Assembly: GCF_039541115.1 (NCBI RefSeq)
Contig: NZ_BAABFP010000007.1
Coordinates: 1-64,000 of the forward strand
Reading direction: 5' to 3'
DNA length: 64,000 nt
DNA from: Angustibacter luteus
GTDB lineage: Bacteria > Actinomycetota > Actinomycetes > Actinomycetales > Angustibacteraceae
Below, in pieces: positions 48,923 through 59,353 of the stretch. The position numbers were made by a program, and so were the translations under genes. The notes beneath the pieces were generated by a model, which ran no database searches, had not been told where the DNA came from, and was given only the letters and a program-made list of their open reading frames with translations. Numbering within the stretch: the stretch's first letter is position 1; every line of letters begins with the position of its first letter.

Positions 48923-49635
48923 CCGCGGCGCTGCAGGTGCGCGGCCTGACCGCCGGCTACGGGGCTGTCCCCGTCCTGCGCGACCTCGACCTCGACGTCC
49001 CGCCACGGATGGTCGTCGCGGTGCTCGGCGCCAACGGCGCCGGCAAGACCACGTTGCTGCGAGCACTCACCGGTGGCGCCCTCACATCGTCCGGCCAGAT
49101 CACCTACGGCGGGCACGACCTGAGCCGGGTCGCCGTGTCGGACCTGGTGCGGCTCGGCATCGCCCACGTGCCCGAGGGCCGCGCAGTGATCACCGACCTG
49201 ACCGTGGACGAGAACCTGCGCCTGGGTGGGCTGTGGCGCGACGACCGCAAGGCCCAGCGGCAGGACCTGTCCCGCGTCTACGACCTGTTCGAGCCGTTGG
49301 CCCGCCGGCGCAGCTACCCCGGGCACCTGCTGTCGGGCGGCGAGCGCCAGATGCTCGGCATCGGCCGCGCGCTGATGTCCCGGCCGACCCTGATGCTGCT
49401 GGACGAGCCGTCCCTCGGTCTCGCGCCGCAGACCACGGCGGCGATCATGGCGCTGCTCGCCACGCTGCGCGACGACCAGGGGATCAGCGTCCTGCTCGTC
49501 GAGCAGAACGTCGGCGGCGCGTTGTCGATCGCGGACCGCGCGGTCGTGCTCTCGCTCGGCCGGGTCGTGGTGTCGACCACGCCGCAGGAGCTCGCCGGCG
49601 ACGACCGGGCCCGGCACGCCTACCTGGGCTACTGA
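48919..49635 (+). CDS. ABC ATPase (LivF-like)
   Basis: GANGAGKTT, VPEGR, LSGGERQM, DEPSLGLAP, VEQN. Confidence 0.92.
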   Translation: MTAALQVRGLTAGYGAVPVLRDLDLDVPPRMVVAVLGANGAGKTTLLRALTGGALTSSGQITYGGHDLSRVAVSDLVRLGIAHVPEGRAVITDLTVDENLRLGGLWRDDRKAQRQDLSRVYDLFEPLARRRSYPGHLLSGGERQMLGIGRALMSRPTLMLLDEPSLGLAPQTTAAIMALLATLRDDQGISVLLVEQNVGGALSIADRAVVLSLGRVVVSTTPQELAGDDRARHAYLGY

Positions 49636-50513
49636 TGGAGCGCTTCCTGTTCCTCACGGTCGACGGCGTCACGAACGGCGCGGTGCTCGCCGCCTTCGCG
49701 GCCGCTCTCGTGATCATCTGGCGCGCCACCCGGACGGTGAACTTCGCGCAGGGCGCCATGGCGGTGCTGACCACGTACGTGGCGTACGCCGTCACGCAGG
49801 CGAGCGGGTCGTACTGGTTGGGCTTCGCCGCCGCGCTGGTGGCCGGGGCGCTGCTGGGGGCCGCCGTCGAGCGTGGGCTGATGCGGTTCGTGCCGGCCGA
49901 CAACCACCTGGCCGCCGTCATCGTCGCACTCGGCCTGGTGACCATCCTGCAGGCCCTGATGAGCGCGGTGTTCGGCAACGAGTACCGGCCGATGCAGGTC
50001 CCGTTCAGCCGGGCGGCGGGCCACGCCGCCCGACTCACGCTGCCCTCGCCGTACGACGTGTTCACGTTCGTGGCGGTCGCGCTGATGCTGGCCTCGCTCG
50101 CCTGGCTGCTCGGCCGGACCGCGCTGGGCCTGCGGCTGCGCGCCTCGGCCTTCGCGCCGGACGTCGCGCGGCTGCTCGGCGTGCGGGTGTCCCGGATGCT
50201 CACGGTCGGCTGGATGCTCGCGTCGTCGGCAGGCGCGCTGGCGGCGGTCCTGGTGGTGCCGACCGGCCTGGGGCTGAACCCCTCGGCGATGGACCTGGTG
50301 TTCGTCTCGGCCTTCGCCGCCGCGGTGATCGGGGGCCTGGACAGCCTGGTCGGCTCCCTCGTCGGTGGGCTCGTCGTCGGCCTGGTGCTGTCGTACGCCA
50401 CCGGCTACGTGAGCAGCGACGCGACTCCGCTGGTGGTGCTGGCCCTGCTGCTCGTCGTCCTGCTGGTGCGGCCGTCGGGGCTGTTCGCGCCCACCGCGGT
50501 GAGGCAGGTATGA
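49635..50513 (+). CDS. ABC permease (LivH-like)
   Basis: NFAQG, G..LRA, GGLDS, RPSGLF. Confidence 0.9.
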   Translation: MERFLFLTVDGVTNGAVLAAFAAALVIIWRATRTVNFAQGAMAVLTTYVAYAVTQASGSYWLGFAAALVAGALLGAAVERGLMRFVPADNHLAAVIVALGLVTILQALMSAVFGNEYRPMQVPFSRAAGHAARLTLPSPYDVFTFVAVALMLASLAWLLGRTALGLRLRASAFAPDVARLLGVRVSRMLTVGWMLASSAGALAAVLVVPTGLGLNPSAMDLVFVSAFAAAVIGGLDSLVGSLVGGLVVGLVLSYATGYVSSDATPLVVLALLLVVLLVRPSGLFAPTAVRQV

Positions 50514-51571
50514 CCCCCCTGCTGCGCCACCTGGGGTGGGCGGCACTGGCCGCGCTGCTCGTGCTCGCGCTGAGCCTGCTGCTCGGGCCGTTCCGCAACT
50601 TCGAGCTCGCGACCGTTGCCGCGTACTTCTGCGCGGCCGCCGGGCTCACGGTGCTGACCGGCCTCTCCGGCCAGCTGTCGCTGGGCCAGGGCGCCTTCAT
50701 GGCCGTCGGGGCGTACGCGGCGACCGGCACCTCGCAGCTGCTCGCCGACCGGACCTGGGCGGTGGGGCTGTCCGAGGTGGTGCCGGTCCTGGCCGGGGCC
50801 CTGGCGGCCGGGGTCGTGGGGCTGGTCATCGGAGTGGCGGCCGCCCGCCTGCGCGGCCCGTACCTGGCGGGGGTGACGCTGGCGCTGGCGATCGCGGTCC
50901 CGTCGGTCGCGAGCCTCTTCGACGGCCTGCTGGGTGGCGACCAGGGGCTGACGTACGCCGCCGAGCCGCCGCCGGCGATCGGTGGTCGAGCCGTCCCGGT
51001 GGAGCAGTGGCAGGTCTGGGTCTCCTGGGCGGTGGCGCTGCTCGTCGCGGTCGGGCTGGCGAACCTGAGCCGCAGCCGGCTGGGGCGGACGCTGCGCGCG
51101 ATCCGGGACGACGAGTCCGCAGCCGCGCTGGCCGGCGTGGACGTCGCTCGGGCCCGGGCCACCGTGTTCGGCGTCAGCTCGGTGGCCGCCGGCGCGGGTG
51201 GGGCGCTGGTCGCCTGGCAGACGCAGATTGCCGCGCCGGGCGCCTACCCGCTCACCCTGTCGTTGTCGCTGCTGATCGCCGTGGTCATCGGCGGACTGGG
51301 CCGGCTGTCGGGGGCGGCCGTCGGCGCGGCGCTGCTGGTGCTGCTGCCCGACCTGGCGCAGTCGCTCACGGACGCGCTGGACCTGTCCGCCGAGCAGGCC
51401 CAGCGCTGGCAGGGCACCCTGCCGCAGCTGCTGTTCGGCGTGGTCGTGATCCTCGTCGTCCTCGTTGCGCCGCAAGGCCTCCACGGACTGAGCGAGCGCG
51501 CCGTCCAGCGTGCCCGGAAGCTGTCGAGCCCCCGACCCATCCCATCCCACGAAAGGCAGTCCGAGCGATGA
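50510..51571 (+). CDS. ABC permease (LivM-like)
   Basis: [28 protein letters not shown]. Confidence 0.9.
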   Translation: MTPLLRHLGWAALAALLVLALSLLLGPFRNFELATVAAYFCAAAGLTVLTGLSGQLSLGQGAFMAVGAYAATGTSQLLADRTWAVGLSEVVPVLAGALAAGVVGLVIGVAAARLRGPYLAGVTLALAIAVPSVASLFDGLLGGDQGLTYAAEPPPAIGGRAVPVEQWQVWVSWAVALLVAVGLANLSRSRLGRTLRAIRDDESAAALAGVDVARARATVFGVSSVAAGAGGALVAWQTQIAAPGAYPLTLSLSLLIAVVIGGLGRLSGAAVGAALLVLLPDLAQSLTDALDLSAEQAQRWQGTLPQLLFGVVVILVVLVAPQGLHGLSERAVQRARKLSSPRPIPSHERQSER

Positions 51572-52869
51572 GGAACCACGCATCTCGAAGGGTCCTGGCG
51601 GTCGCGTCCGCGACGCTGCTGCTGAGCGCGGTCGCCTGCAGTCGAGGCGGCACCGGTAGCGGGGGCGGCGCGGACGACGCCGCCCGGGCGGACGTGCCCG
51701 GAGTCACCGACACGCAGATCCTGCTCGGCACGCACATGCCGCTGACCGGGCCGGCTTCCGGCGGCTACTCGAAGATCGCGCCCGCGACCAAGGCGTACTT
51801 CGACTTCGTCAACGCCGCCGGCGGGGTCAACGGCCGCAAGATCACCTACAAGTACCTGGACGACGGTTACAACCCGGCGAACACGCAGAAGGTGGTTCGC
51901 CAGCTCGTGCTGCAGGACAAGGTGTTCAGCGTGCTCAACGGTCTCGGCACACCCACCCACACGTCGGTGCTGGACTTCCTGGGCTCGAACAAGGTGCCCG
52001 ACCTGTTCGTCGCCTCGGGCGCCACCGCCTGGAACCAGCCGCAGAAGTACCCGAACACCTTCGGGTTCAACACCGACTACACGGTCGAGGGCAAGATCCT
52101 CGCGACCTACGTGAAGGCGAGCCTGCCCGGCAAGAAGGTCTGCTCGCTCGGCCAGAGCGACGACTTCGGCGCCGACTTCGTCAAGGGCGTCGAGACGGTG
52201 CTCGGCGCGAGCGGGCTGGCGGCCAAGCAGAGCTACACGGTGACGAACCAGAACGTCGCCCCGCAGGTCGGCGCGCTCAAGGCGGCCGGCTGCCAGGTGG
52301 TGATGCTGGCGACCGTGCCGGGCTTCACCGCGCTGACCGTCGGCACGGCCGCGAAGCTGGCCTTCCAGCCCCAGTGGGTCGTCTCGAACGTCGGAGGCGA
52401 CTACAAGACCGTCGCGGCCGCGTTGGGCAAGGCGGCGCCGCTGCTCGAGGGCATGGTCGGGCTCAACTACCTGCCGATGTACAACGACACCGCCAACCCG
52501 TGGATCCAGCTGTTCACGAAGGTCAACGACCAGAACAACGGCAAGGCCGATTTCGACGGCAACGTCGTCTACGGGATGTCGGTCGGCTACCTGGCGGTCC
52601 AGTCGTTGCAGAACGCCGGCAAGGACCTGACTCGGGACGGCGTCGTGCAGGCCGTGGAGAAGAACGGGTTCGTCGGGCCGGGTCTGGTGCCGTTGCGGTT
52701 CTCCGCCACCGACCACTCGGGCTACGCCGGTGGCCGTCTGACGAAGGTCGCGGGCGGTGTCCAGGCCTACTTCGGCCCGTCGTACGTCACGGACGACGGG
52801 TCCGGGGCGGTCACCGAGTCCTCGCAGGCGCCCGCCACCCCGCCCGCGAGCGGCATCCCGGCGAGCTGA
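51568..52869 (+). CDS. ABC substrate-binding lipoprotein (leucine-binding-protein fold)
   Basis: Lipobox [29 protein letters not shown]. Confidence 0.9.
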   Translation: MRNHASRRVLAVASATLLLSAVACSRGGTGSGGGADDAARADVPGVTDTQILLGTHMPLTGPASGGYSKIAPATKAYFDFVNAAGGVNGRKITYKYLDDGYNPANTQKVVRQLVLQDKVFSVLNGLGTPTHTSVLDFLGSNKVPDLFVASGATAWNQPQKYPNTFGFNTDYTVEGKILATYVKASLPGKKVCSLGQSDDFGADFVKGVETVLGASGLAAKQSYTVTNQNVAPQVGALKAAGCQVVMLATVPGFTALTVGTAAKLAFQPQWVVSNVGGDYKTVAAALGKAAPLLEGMVGLNYLPMYNDTANPWIQLFTKVNDQNNGKADFDGNVVYGMSVGYLAVQSLQNAGKDLTRDGVVQAVEKNGFVGPGLVPLRFSATDHSGYAGGRLTKVAGGVQAYFGPSYVTDDGSGAVTESSQAPATPPASGIPAS

Positions 52870-52897
52870 ACCCAGCCGGCCGCTGGCCGAGTGCAGC

Positions 52898-52935
52898 GAA
52901 GTGGGGCACCCGACGTCCGTCAGGTGCCCCACTTC
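52898..52935. terminator. Hairpin terminator between convergent genes
   Basis: GAAGTGGGGCACC...GGTGCCCCACTTC. Confidence 0.8.
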
Positions 52936-52961
52936 TCTGGTTTCGCGGGTGCGGTCGACCG

Positions 52962-53630
52962 TTACGCGGCCGGGCCCGCCCCGGGCATCGGGCAGACCGC
53001 GCCCGTGCCACCGATGCCGCAGTAGCCGTTCGGCACCTTGTAGAGGTACTGCTGGTGGTAGTCCTCGGCGTAGTAGAACTCGCCCGCCTCGGACACCGGG
53101 CGGATGTCGGTGGTGATGTCACCGAAACCCTTGGCGCGCAGCGACTCCTGGTACGCGGCCTTCGACTGCTCGATCAGCTCGCGCTGCTCGTCGGTCGTCC
53201 AGTAGATCGCCGACCGGTACTGGGTGCCGCGGTCGTTGCCCTGCCGGAACCCCTGGGTCGGGTCGTGGCTCTCCCAGAACGTCTTCAGCAGCTCGGCGGT
53301 CGAGACCTGGGTGGGGTCGTAGGCGACCAGCACCGCCTCGGTGTGGCCGGTGCGCCCGGTGCAGGTCTCGTCGTACGTCGGGTTGGGGGTGATGCCGCCC
53401 TGGTAGCCGGCCGCGGTGGTCACGACCCCGGGGGTCTGCCAGAAGATCCGCTCGGCGCCCCAGAAACACCCCATCGCGATGTACAGCACCGCAGTGCCCT
53501 CGGGCCACGGGCCCTTGAGCGGGGTGCCGAGGACGGCGTGGGTCTCGGGGACGGGGTAGGGGGTGCTGGCGCGACCCGGCAGGGCCTCGTCAGCGGTGAT
53601 CATGCGGGTCTTGGTCGACGAACCGAACAC
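52962..53630 (-). CDS. msrA: Peptide-methionine (S)-S-oxide reductase
   Basis: [40 protein letters not shown] upstream. Confidence 0.95.
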   Translation of the reverse strand: MFGSSTKTRMITADEALPGRASTPYPVPETHAVLGTPLKGPWPEGTAVLYIAMGCFWGAERIFWQTPGVVTTAAGYQGGITPNPTYDETCTGRTGHTEAVLVAYDPTQVSTAELLKTFWESHDPTQGFRQGNDRGTQYRSAIYWTTDEQRELIEQSKAAYQESLRAKGFGDITTDIRPVSEAGEFYYAEDYHQQYLYKVPNGYCGIGGTGAVCPMPGAGPAA

Positions 53631-53747
53631 GGTGGGGACCTCCTCGTTAGTTCCATCCCGTCCAACCACGCCTGAGCACGGTTCGTTCCCGCTACCGCTG
53701 TGGTGGCGGACATACGCCGTGATGGGCCTCAGCATGGGTCAGTTGGG

Positions 53748-53816
53748 GTGCAATTGGTAGTGTGGATAGCGTGCAATAAGTCGTGCAGAATGGATGCAAT
53801 AAGTAGTGTAGAACCC
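53748..53816. repeat. Three tandem imperfect 23-bp AT-rich repeats
   Basis: GTGCAATTGGTAGTGTGGATAGC / GTGCAATAAGTCGTGCAGAATGG / ATGCAATAAGTAGTGTAGAACCC. Confidence 0.75.
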
Positions 53817-53840
53817 CTCCGCGCCGGATAGGGTTGCCTC

Positions 53841-55115
53841 ATGGCCTACCTGCCCCGGACCGTGGACCACGAGCTCGACGAGCTCCTGCCCACCCTCGCT
53901 GCGATCAGCCTGGACGGGCCGAAGGGGGTCGGGAAGACCGCGACCGCGGGACGCCGGGCGAGCACTGTTCTCGCCATGGATGATGCGGGCCAACGGCAAC
54001 TCATCCAGGCGGACCCCGATCGACTCGAACGAGAGTCGTCCCCGGTCCTGGTGGACGAGTGGCAGCGGTTGCCCGAGGTGTGGGACATGGTGCGCCGGAG
54101 CGTGGATCGGGGCGCAGCCCCCGGCAGCTATCTCCTCACCGGGAGCGCGAGTCCCGGTGAGGGCGCCACGACTCATTCGGGGGCCGGGCGCATCGTCCAG
54201 GTCCGGATGAGGCCGCTCACCTTCGCCGAACGGCGGGTTGAGGCACCCACGGTCAGTCTCGGGGCCCTGCTCGAGGGTGCACAGCCCGACATCGGGGGCA
54301 GCACCACCGTCGGACTGGCCGACTACACCGACGAGATCCTGGCTTCGGGCCTTCCGGGTGTCCGCCACCTGGCCGGGCGAGCGCGTCGCGCGCAGCTGGA
54401 CGGCTACCTGGCGCGGATCGTGGACCGGGACTTTCCTGAGCAGGGCCATCCAGTTCGTCGTCCTCGCGCGCTGCGCGCCTGGTTGACCGCCTACGCCGCG
54501 GCGACGTCCACGACAGCGAAGTACAGCGTGATCCTGGATGCCTCGACAGCAGGAGACGGCGACAAGCCTGCCAAGACGACCGTCATCGGATATCGCGACG
54601 TTCTCACGCAGCTGTGGATCCTGGATCCCGTTCCCGGTTGGGTTCCGTCTCGCAATCCCTTCACCCGCCTGCAGCAGTCGCCGAAGCACCACCTCGCCGA
54701 TCCAGCGCTGGCCGCGCGACTGCTCGGCGCCACGGAGGGTTCGCTGCTGGACGGAAGCGAACTCGGTCCATCGATCCCTCGCGACGGAACGCTCCTGGGG
54801 GCTCTGTTCGAGTCCCTCGTCGCGCTCAGCCTCAGGGTCGCCGCACAGTCGGCCGAGGCGACGGTGCACCATCTCCGCACAGCCAACGGGGTGCACGAGG
54901 TCGACTTCATCGTTGAACGCGCTGACCACCGGGTGCTCGCGATCGAGGTCAAGCTCGCCGCATCCGTGGAAGACCGCGACGTCGTCCACCTCACGTGGCT
55001 GGCCGATCAGCTCGGTTCCGACGTGGTGGATCGCGTGGTCGTCACGACGGGTAGCGAGGCGTACCGGCGCCGGGACGGCATTGCGGTCGTGCCGCTCGCG
55101 CTCCTCGGCGTCTGA
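53841..55115 (+). CDS. AAA_14-type ATPase with DUF4143 and C-terminal PD-(D/E)xK-like motif
   Basis: YLPR, GPKGVGKT, VDEWQ, LTGSA, SGAGR, PKHHLADPAL, FES, EVDFIVE..AIEVK. Confidence 0.88.
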   Translation: MAYLPRTVDHELDELLPTLAAISLDGPKGVGKTATAGRRASTVLAMDDAGQRQLIQADPDRLERESSPVLVDEWQRLPEVWDMVRRSVDRGAAPGSYLLTGSASPGEGATTHSGAGRIVQVRMRPLTFAERRVEAPTVSLGALLEGAQPDIGGSTTVGLADYTDEILASGLPGVRHLAGRARRAQLDGYLARIVDRDFPEQGHPVRRPRALRAWLTAYAAATSTTAKYSVILDASTAGDGDKPAKTTVIGYRDVLTQLWILDPVPGWVPSRNPFTRLQQSPKHHLADPALAARLLGATEGSLLDGSELGPSIPRDGTLLGALFESLVALSLRVAAQSAEATVHHLRTANGVHEVDFIVERADHRVLAIEVKLAASVEDRDVVHLTWLADQLGSDVVDRVVVTTGSEAYRRRDGIAVVPLALLGV

Positions 55116-55131
55116 GCCCGTCGGACCTTGC

Positions 55132-56634
55132 TCACACCACGTAGGCGGCGTCGTCGTCCGGGGCGGGACGCCGGCCGCCGGCCGGCCGCCGCGTGACGAC
55201 GTCCCAGGCCTGCGCGACCAGCGGTACGGCGCGCGCCAGGACGTCGACGGGCAGCGCGAACGGCAGCCGCACCCACGACTCCAGACCGCCGTCGGCGGCG
55301 AAGCGGGAGCCCGGGGTCAACCGCACCCCGAGGTCCGCCGCGGCTGCGGCGAGGTCGCTCGCGGACGGCGCGGGCAGGGCGCACCAGAGCACCTGGCCCC
55401 CCGCCGGCCGGACGACCCGCCAGTCCGGCAGGTGGGCGGCCAGCAACCCGGTCAGGACGTCGCGGCCCTGGCGCAGCTGGTCGACCCGGTAGGTGCGGAG
55501 GTCGTCGAGCTCGCCGAGCAGGTGCAGCAGGGCCAGCTGCTCGAGGACCGGGCTGGCCAGGTCCTGCCGCGAGCGCAGCGCCGCGAGCCGGGCAACGGTC
55601 GCCGCGTCCGAGCGCAGCCAGCCCATCCGCAGGCCGCCCCAAGCGATCTTGCTCGCCGAGCCGACGGTGACGACCGGCGTCCGGCCGGCGAACACGGCCA
55701 ACGGCGGTGGCATCTCGAGCCCGTCCACCGCCAGCTCGACCAGCGTCTCGTCGACCACCGCGACGGTGCCGCTGCGGTCGAGCGTTCGGGCGACCTGCTC
55801 GCGGACCTCGCCGGACATCAGCGCCCCGGTCGGGTTCTGGAACTCCGGCACGAGGTAGGCGGCCGTGGGGGAGGTCTGCCGGGCCGCGGAGCCCAAGGAG
55901 TCCAGGTCCCAGGTGAGAGCGGTCGGGTCGACCGGCACCGGCACGAGCCGTGCCCCCAGGTCGGTGACGACGTCCAGGCCGTTGGGGTAGCCGGGCTGCT
56001 CGACGAGCACGCGGTCGCCGGCGCCCGCGGCCAGCGTCAGCCCGAGCCGCACGGCCTGCAGAGCGCCGCTGGTGACCAGCACCTGGTCGGCCGTGGTGGC
56101 CAGTCCCCGCTCGGTGAACCGCTCGGCGAGGCGCTCGCGCAGCGAGACCAGGCCGCGGTAGTCGTAGCCGGTGCCGGGCAGGTACCGGGGCAGCTCCTCC
56201 AGCGCAGCGGTGTAGGCGGCGTGCAGGTGCGGGGGAGCGCCCGGGGCGGCGTGCGCGAGGTCGAGCACGCCCTCCGGAGCCGGCTCCGGAGCCCACGTGG
56301 GTACCGGCGCACCGGCGGTCGGCAGGGTCGTCCAGGTGCCCGAGCCCTGCCGGCTGGCGGCGTGGCCGCTCTCCCGGAGGACGTCGAAGGCCGCGCTGAC
56401 GGTCGTCCGGCTCAGGCCCAGCGTGAGGGCCAGCTCGCGCTCGGGCGGTAGCCGGACGCCGACCGGCAGCCGGCCGTCCAGGATGACCAGCCGGATCCGG
56501 CCGGCCAGCGCCGCGTAGGCGGGTGCGGTGGACGACGGCCAGGCGCCGAGCAGGCGGGTGAGCTCGCGCGGGCCGATCCGGCGGCTCGGGGGTGGTCGAC
56601 GTGGTGGACGGGACGGCACCAGACCACTGTTCAC
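55132..56634 (-). CDS. MocR/GntR-family PLP-dependent regulator (YczR-like)
   Basis: RLPPERELA, SRTTV, GSGT, PEFQNPTG, SASK, GLRMGW; start uncertain (56619 or 56634). Confidence 0.88.
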   Translation of the reverse strand: MNSGLVPSRPPRRPPPSRRIGPRELTRLLGAWPSSTAPAYAALAGRIRLVILDGRLPVGVRLPPERELALTLGLSRTTVSAAFDVLRESGHAASRQGSGTWTTLPTAGAPVPTWAPEPAPEGVLDLAHAAPGAPPHLHAAYTAALEELPRYLPGTGYDYRGLVSLRERLAERFTERGLATTADQVLVTSGALQAVRLGLTLAAGAGDRVLVEQPGYPNGLDVVTDLGARLVPVPVDPTALTWDLDSLGSAARQTSPTAAYLVPEFQNPTGALMSGEVREQVARTLDRSGTVAVVDETLVELAVDGLEMPPPLAVFAGRTPVVTVGSASKIAWGGLRMGWLRSDAATVARLAALRSRQDLASPVLEQLALLHLLGELDDLRTYRVDQLRQGRDVLTGLLAAHLPDWRVVRPAGGQVLWCALPAPSASDLAAAAADLGVRLTPGSRFAADGGLESWVRLPFALPVDVLARAVPLVAQAWDVVTRRPAGGRRPAPDDDAAYVV

Positions 56635-56677
56635 CAGACCACTGTGCGCCAATTGGCTCTGGATCTCAAGGCCAATC
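56619..56677. promoter_or_regulatory. Putative MocR (YczR-type) operator region
   Basis: CCAGACCACTGT twice, palindrome GCCAATTGGC, and a further GGCCAAT around the yczR-like start, upstream of the divergent yczE-like gene. Confidence 0.55.
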
Positions 56678-56694
56678 ACCGCGACCATCGTCAG

Positions 56695-57357
56695 GTGCAC
56701 CAGAAGCTGAGCGCCCCCCGCCGCCTGCCCCGCAGGCTTCCCCGCCGCCTGACCCAGCTCTACGTCGGGCTGCTGCTCTACGGCCTGAGCATGGCGCTCT
56801 TCGTCCGCTCCGACCTCGGCGTCATGCCGTGGGACGTGCTGCACCAGGGGCTGGCCCGCCACTTCGGGCTGAGCATCGGCGCCTGGACGATCATCGTCGG
56901 CGCCGTCGTGCTGCTGGGCTGGATCCCGTTGCGCGAGAGGCCGGGCATCGGCACGGTCAGCAACGTCCTGGTGATCGGGGTGGCCATCGACGCAGCGCTC
57001 GCGGTGCTGCCGGAGGTGCACGCCCTGGCGCCGCGGGTCGGGCTGGTGGTCGCGGGGCTGCTGCTCAACGCCGTTGCCACCGCCCTCTACATCGGCGCCC
57101 GCCTGGGTCCCGGACCGCGGGACGGGCTCATGACCGGGCTGGTGCGGCGAACGGGCGGATCGGTGCGGCTGATCCGGACGGGCATCGAGGTCGCGGTCGT
57201 GCTGATCGGCTGGGCGCTGGGCGGCACGCTGGGGTTGGCCACCGCGGTCTACGCGGTCGGCATCGGCCCGCTCGTGCAGGTGTTCCTGCCACGGCTGACC
57301 GTCCCCGAGCACCGGCCGGTGCCCGCCGAGGTGCCCGCGGATACCCTCGCAGCGTGA
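56695..57357 (+). CDS. YczE/YitT-family membrane protein
   Basis: LGVMPWDVLHQG, PGIGT, GPGPRDGLMTG; divergent from the MocR regulator. Confidence 0.87.
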   Translation: MHQKLSAPRRLPRRLPRRLTQLYVGLLLYGLSMALFVRSDLGVMPWDVLHQGLARHFGLSIGAWTIIVGAVVLLGWIPLRERPGIGTVSNVLVIGVAIDAALAVLPEVHALAPRVGLVVAGLLLNAVATALYIGARLGPGPRDGLMTGLVRRTGGSVRLIRTGIEVAVVLIGWALGGTLGLATAVYAVGIGPLVQVFLPRLTVPEHRPVPAEVPADTLAA

Positions 57358-58529
57358 CGGACTCGACCAGCAGCCAGGGGTTCAGCACCCGCGCCATCCA
57401 CGCCGGGCAGGAGCCGGACCCGCTCACCGGGGCCGTCGTCCCGCCGATCTACCAGGTGTCGACGTACAAGCAGGACGGCGTCGGCGGCCTGCGCGGCGGG
57501 TACGAGTACTCGCGCTCCGCGAACCCGACCCGGACCGCGCTCGAGGACTGCCTGGCGGCGCTCGAGCGCGGCAGCCGGGGTTTCGCCTTCGCCAGCGGCC
57601 TCGCCGCGGAGGACACGCTGCTGCGCGCCGTCACCCGTCCCGGCGACCACGCGGTCGTGCCGGACGACGCCTACGGCGGCACCTACCGGTTGTTCGCCAA
57701 GGTCGCGCAGCCGTGGGGGCTGGAGCACACGCCCGCTCACCTGGGTGACCTGGACGCCGTCCGCGCCGCGATCCGCCCGGGGCAGACCAAGGTCGTGTGG
57801 GCCGAGACGCCGACCAACCCGCTGCTGGGCATCGCCGACATCGCTGCGCTCGCCGAGATCGCCCACGCCGCGGGGGCGCTGCTGGTGGTGGACAACACGT
57901 TCGCCACGCCGTACCTGCAGAGCCCGCTCGCGCTGGGCGCCGATGTCGTCGTGCACTCCACGACCAAGTACGCCGGCGGCCACTCCGACGTCGTCGGCGG
58001 AGCGCTGGTGACGTCGACCACTCCCGCCACGGGGTTCGAGGACCTGGACGAGCGGGTGGGCTTCCACCAGAACTCGATGGGCGCCGTCGCGGGCCCGTTC
58101 GACGCGTGGCTGGTCCTGCGAGGGCTGAAGACCCTCGCGGTGCGGATGGACCGGCACTGCGACAACGCGGAGCGGGTCGTCGCGTTCCTGTCCGAGCACC
58201 CGCGGGTGTCGTCCGTGCTGTACCCCGGACTGGAGTCGCACCAGGGCCATGCCGTTGCGGCACAGCAGATGCGGCGCTTCGGGGGGATGGTCAGCTTCCG
58301 GCTGCGCGGTGGCGTCGAGGAGGCGCTGGGCGCGTGCAAGCGGGCCGAGGTCTTCACCCTGGGCGAGTCCCTCGGCGGGGTCGAGTCGCTGATCGAGCAC
58401 CCCGGCCGGATGACGCACGCGAGCGTGGCCGGCTCCGTGCTGGAGGTGCCGGACGACCTGATCCGGCTCTCGGTCGGCATCGAGGACGTCGATGACCTGC
58501 TCGCGGATCTTGAGCAGGCGCTCAGCTGA
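57354..58529 (+). CDS. metB: Cystathionine gamma-synthase/lyase
   Basis: TRAIHAGQ, YSRSANPTR, ETPTNP, HSTTKYAGGHSD, ESLGGVESL, RLSVGIE. Confidence 0.93.
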   Translation: MTDSTSSQGFSTRAIHAGQEPDPLTGAVVPPIYQVSTYKQDGVGGLRGGYEYSRSANPTRTALEDCLAALERGSRGFAFASGLAAEDTLLRAVTRPGDHAVVPDDAYGGTYRLFAKVAQPWGLEHTPAHLGDLDAVRAAIRPGQTKVVWAETPTNPLLGIADIAALAEIAHAAGALLVVDNTFATPYLQSPLALGADVVVHSTTKYAGGHSDVVGGALVTSTTPATGFEDLDERVGFHQNSMGAVAGPFDAWLVLRGLKTLAVRMDRHCDNAERVVAFLSEHPRVSSVLYPGLESHQGHAVAAQQMRRFGGMVSFRLRGGVEEALGACKRAEVFTLGESLGGVESLIEHPGRMTHASVAGSVLEVPDDLIRLSVGIEDVDDLLADLEQALS

Positions 58530-58602
58530 CGCGAAGCGGGTCAGCTCGGAGCGGATATGCCCAGGCGGCATACGGACGCCGGTCTGGCATCGGCCGCTCG
58601 AG

Positions 58603-59295
58603 TCAGCCGGATTTCCTGAGGCCGGCGGTGGCCAGGACCTGCGGCTCCATCCGGGCAGGCAGGACGTCGTCGCGGAACCGGAATCGGGCGAGCTGGGCGC
58701 ACCGAGCGACCGTGGTGCCCAGGTCGAGTCGGCGGCGCTCGCGCACCCAGGCGACGAGCTCCGCCGGGTGGGCGATGTCCGCAGCGAAGTGCACGAGCGT
58801 GGCGTACCAGATGTCGCGTCGGAAACCGTCTTCGCGCCAGGAGTCCGGTCCGAGCTCGTCGGCCAGGGCCTGTGCGAACGCCGGTGCCGCGTCGTCGACC
58901 GGTTCGGTGCAGGCCATGACGGTGAGCGACGTCAGCGTCAACCCGGTGAGCCGCAGCGCGACGGGACGGCTCCGGGCGGTCGCGCGATCCAGGGCCGACC
59001 GGTAGCGGTCGAGCGCGGGATCGTCGTCCGGGACGTCGTGCCGGTAGGTCTCGAGGGATCGCACGGTCACGTGGGCGCAGCCGGCCAACCCCGTGCCGAA
59101 GTGACCGGGACCGGCCAGTGCCAACGCCTGACCCGTGAGCTCGTCCAGTGCTGCCGTCGCCGCGCCGTCGAGCGGGAGGAGCACGCTGATCGGCCACCGA
59201 CCCCCCTCGTCGGGCGGTGCGTCGCGCTGGTGCTCGCGACGCTCGATCAGTGGTGCTGCTTCGTCGAACAGGTCGTCGAAGCGGGTCCGGGCCAC
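58603..59295 (-). CDS. Putative 2H-phosphoesterase-fold protein
   Basis: HVTV motif; the second expected HxT reads YATL. Confidence 0.55.
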   Translation of the reverse strand: MARTRFDDLFDEAAPLIERREHQRDAPPDEGGRWPISVLLPLDGAATAALDELTGQALALAGPGHFGTGLAGCAHVTVRSLETYRHDVPDDDPALDRYRSALDRATARSRPVALRLTGLTLTSLTVMACTEPVDDAAPAFAQALADELGPDSWREDGFRRDIWYATLVHFAADIAHPAELVAWVRERRRLDLGTTVARCAQLARFRFRDDVLPARMEPQVLATAGLRKSG

Positions 59296-59353
59296 ACGGC
59301 GAGGCTAGTGGTCAGGACCTCGGGGGTCTCCGCATCGACGGCACCCGGCGGGT

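Noticed and set aside
53748..53816. 23-bp repeats as a CRISPR array
   Set aside because: Units are tandem with no spacers, are degenerate, and no cas genes are present.
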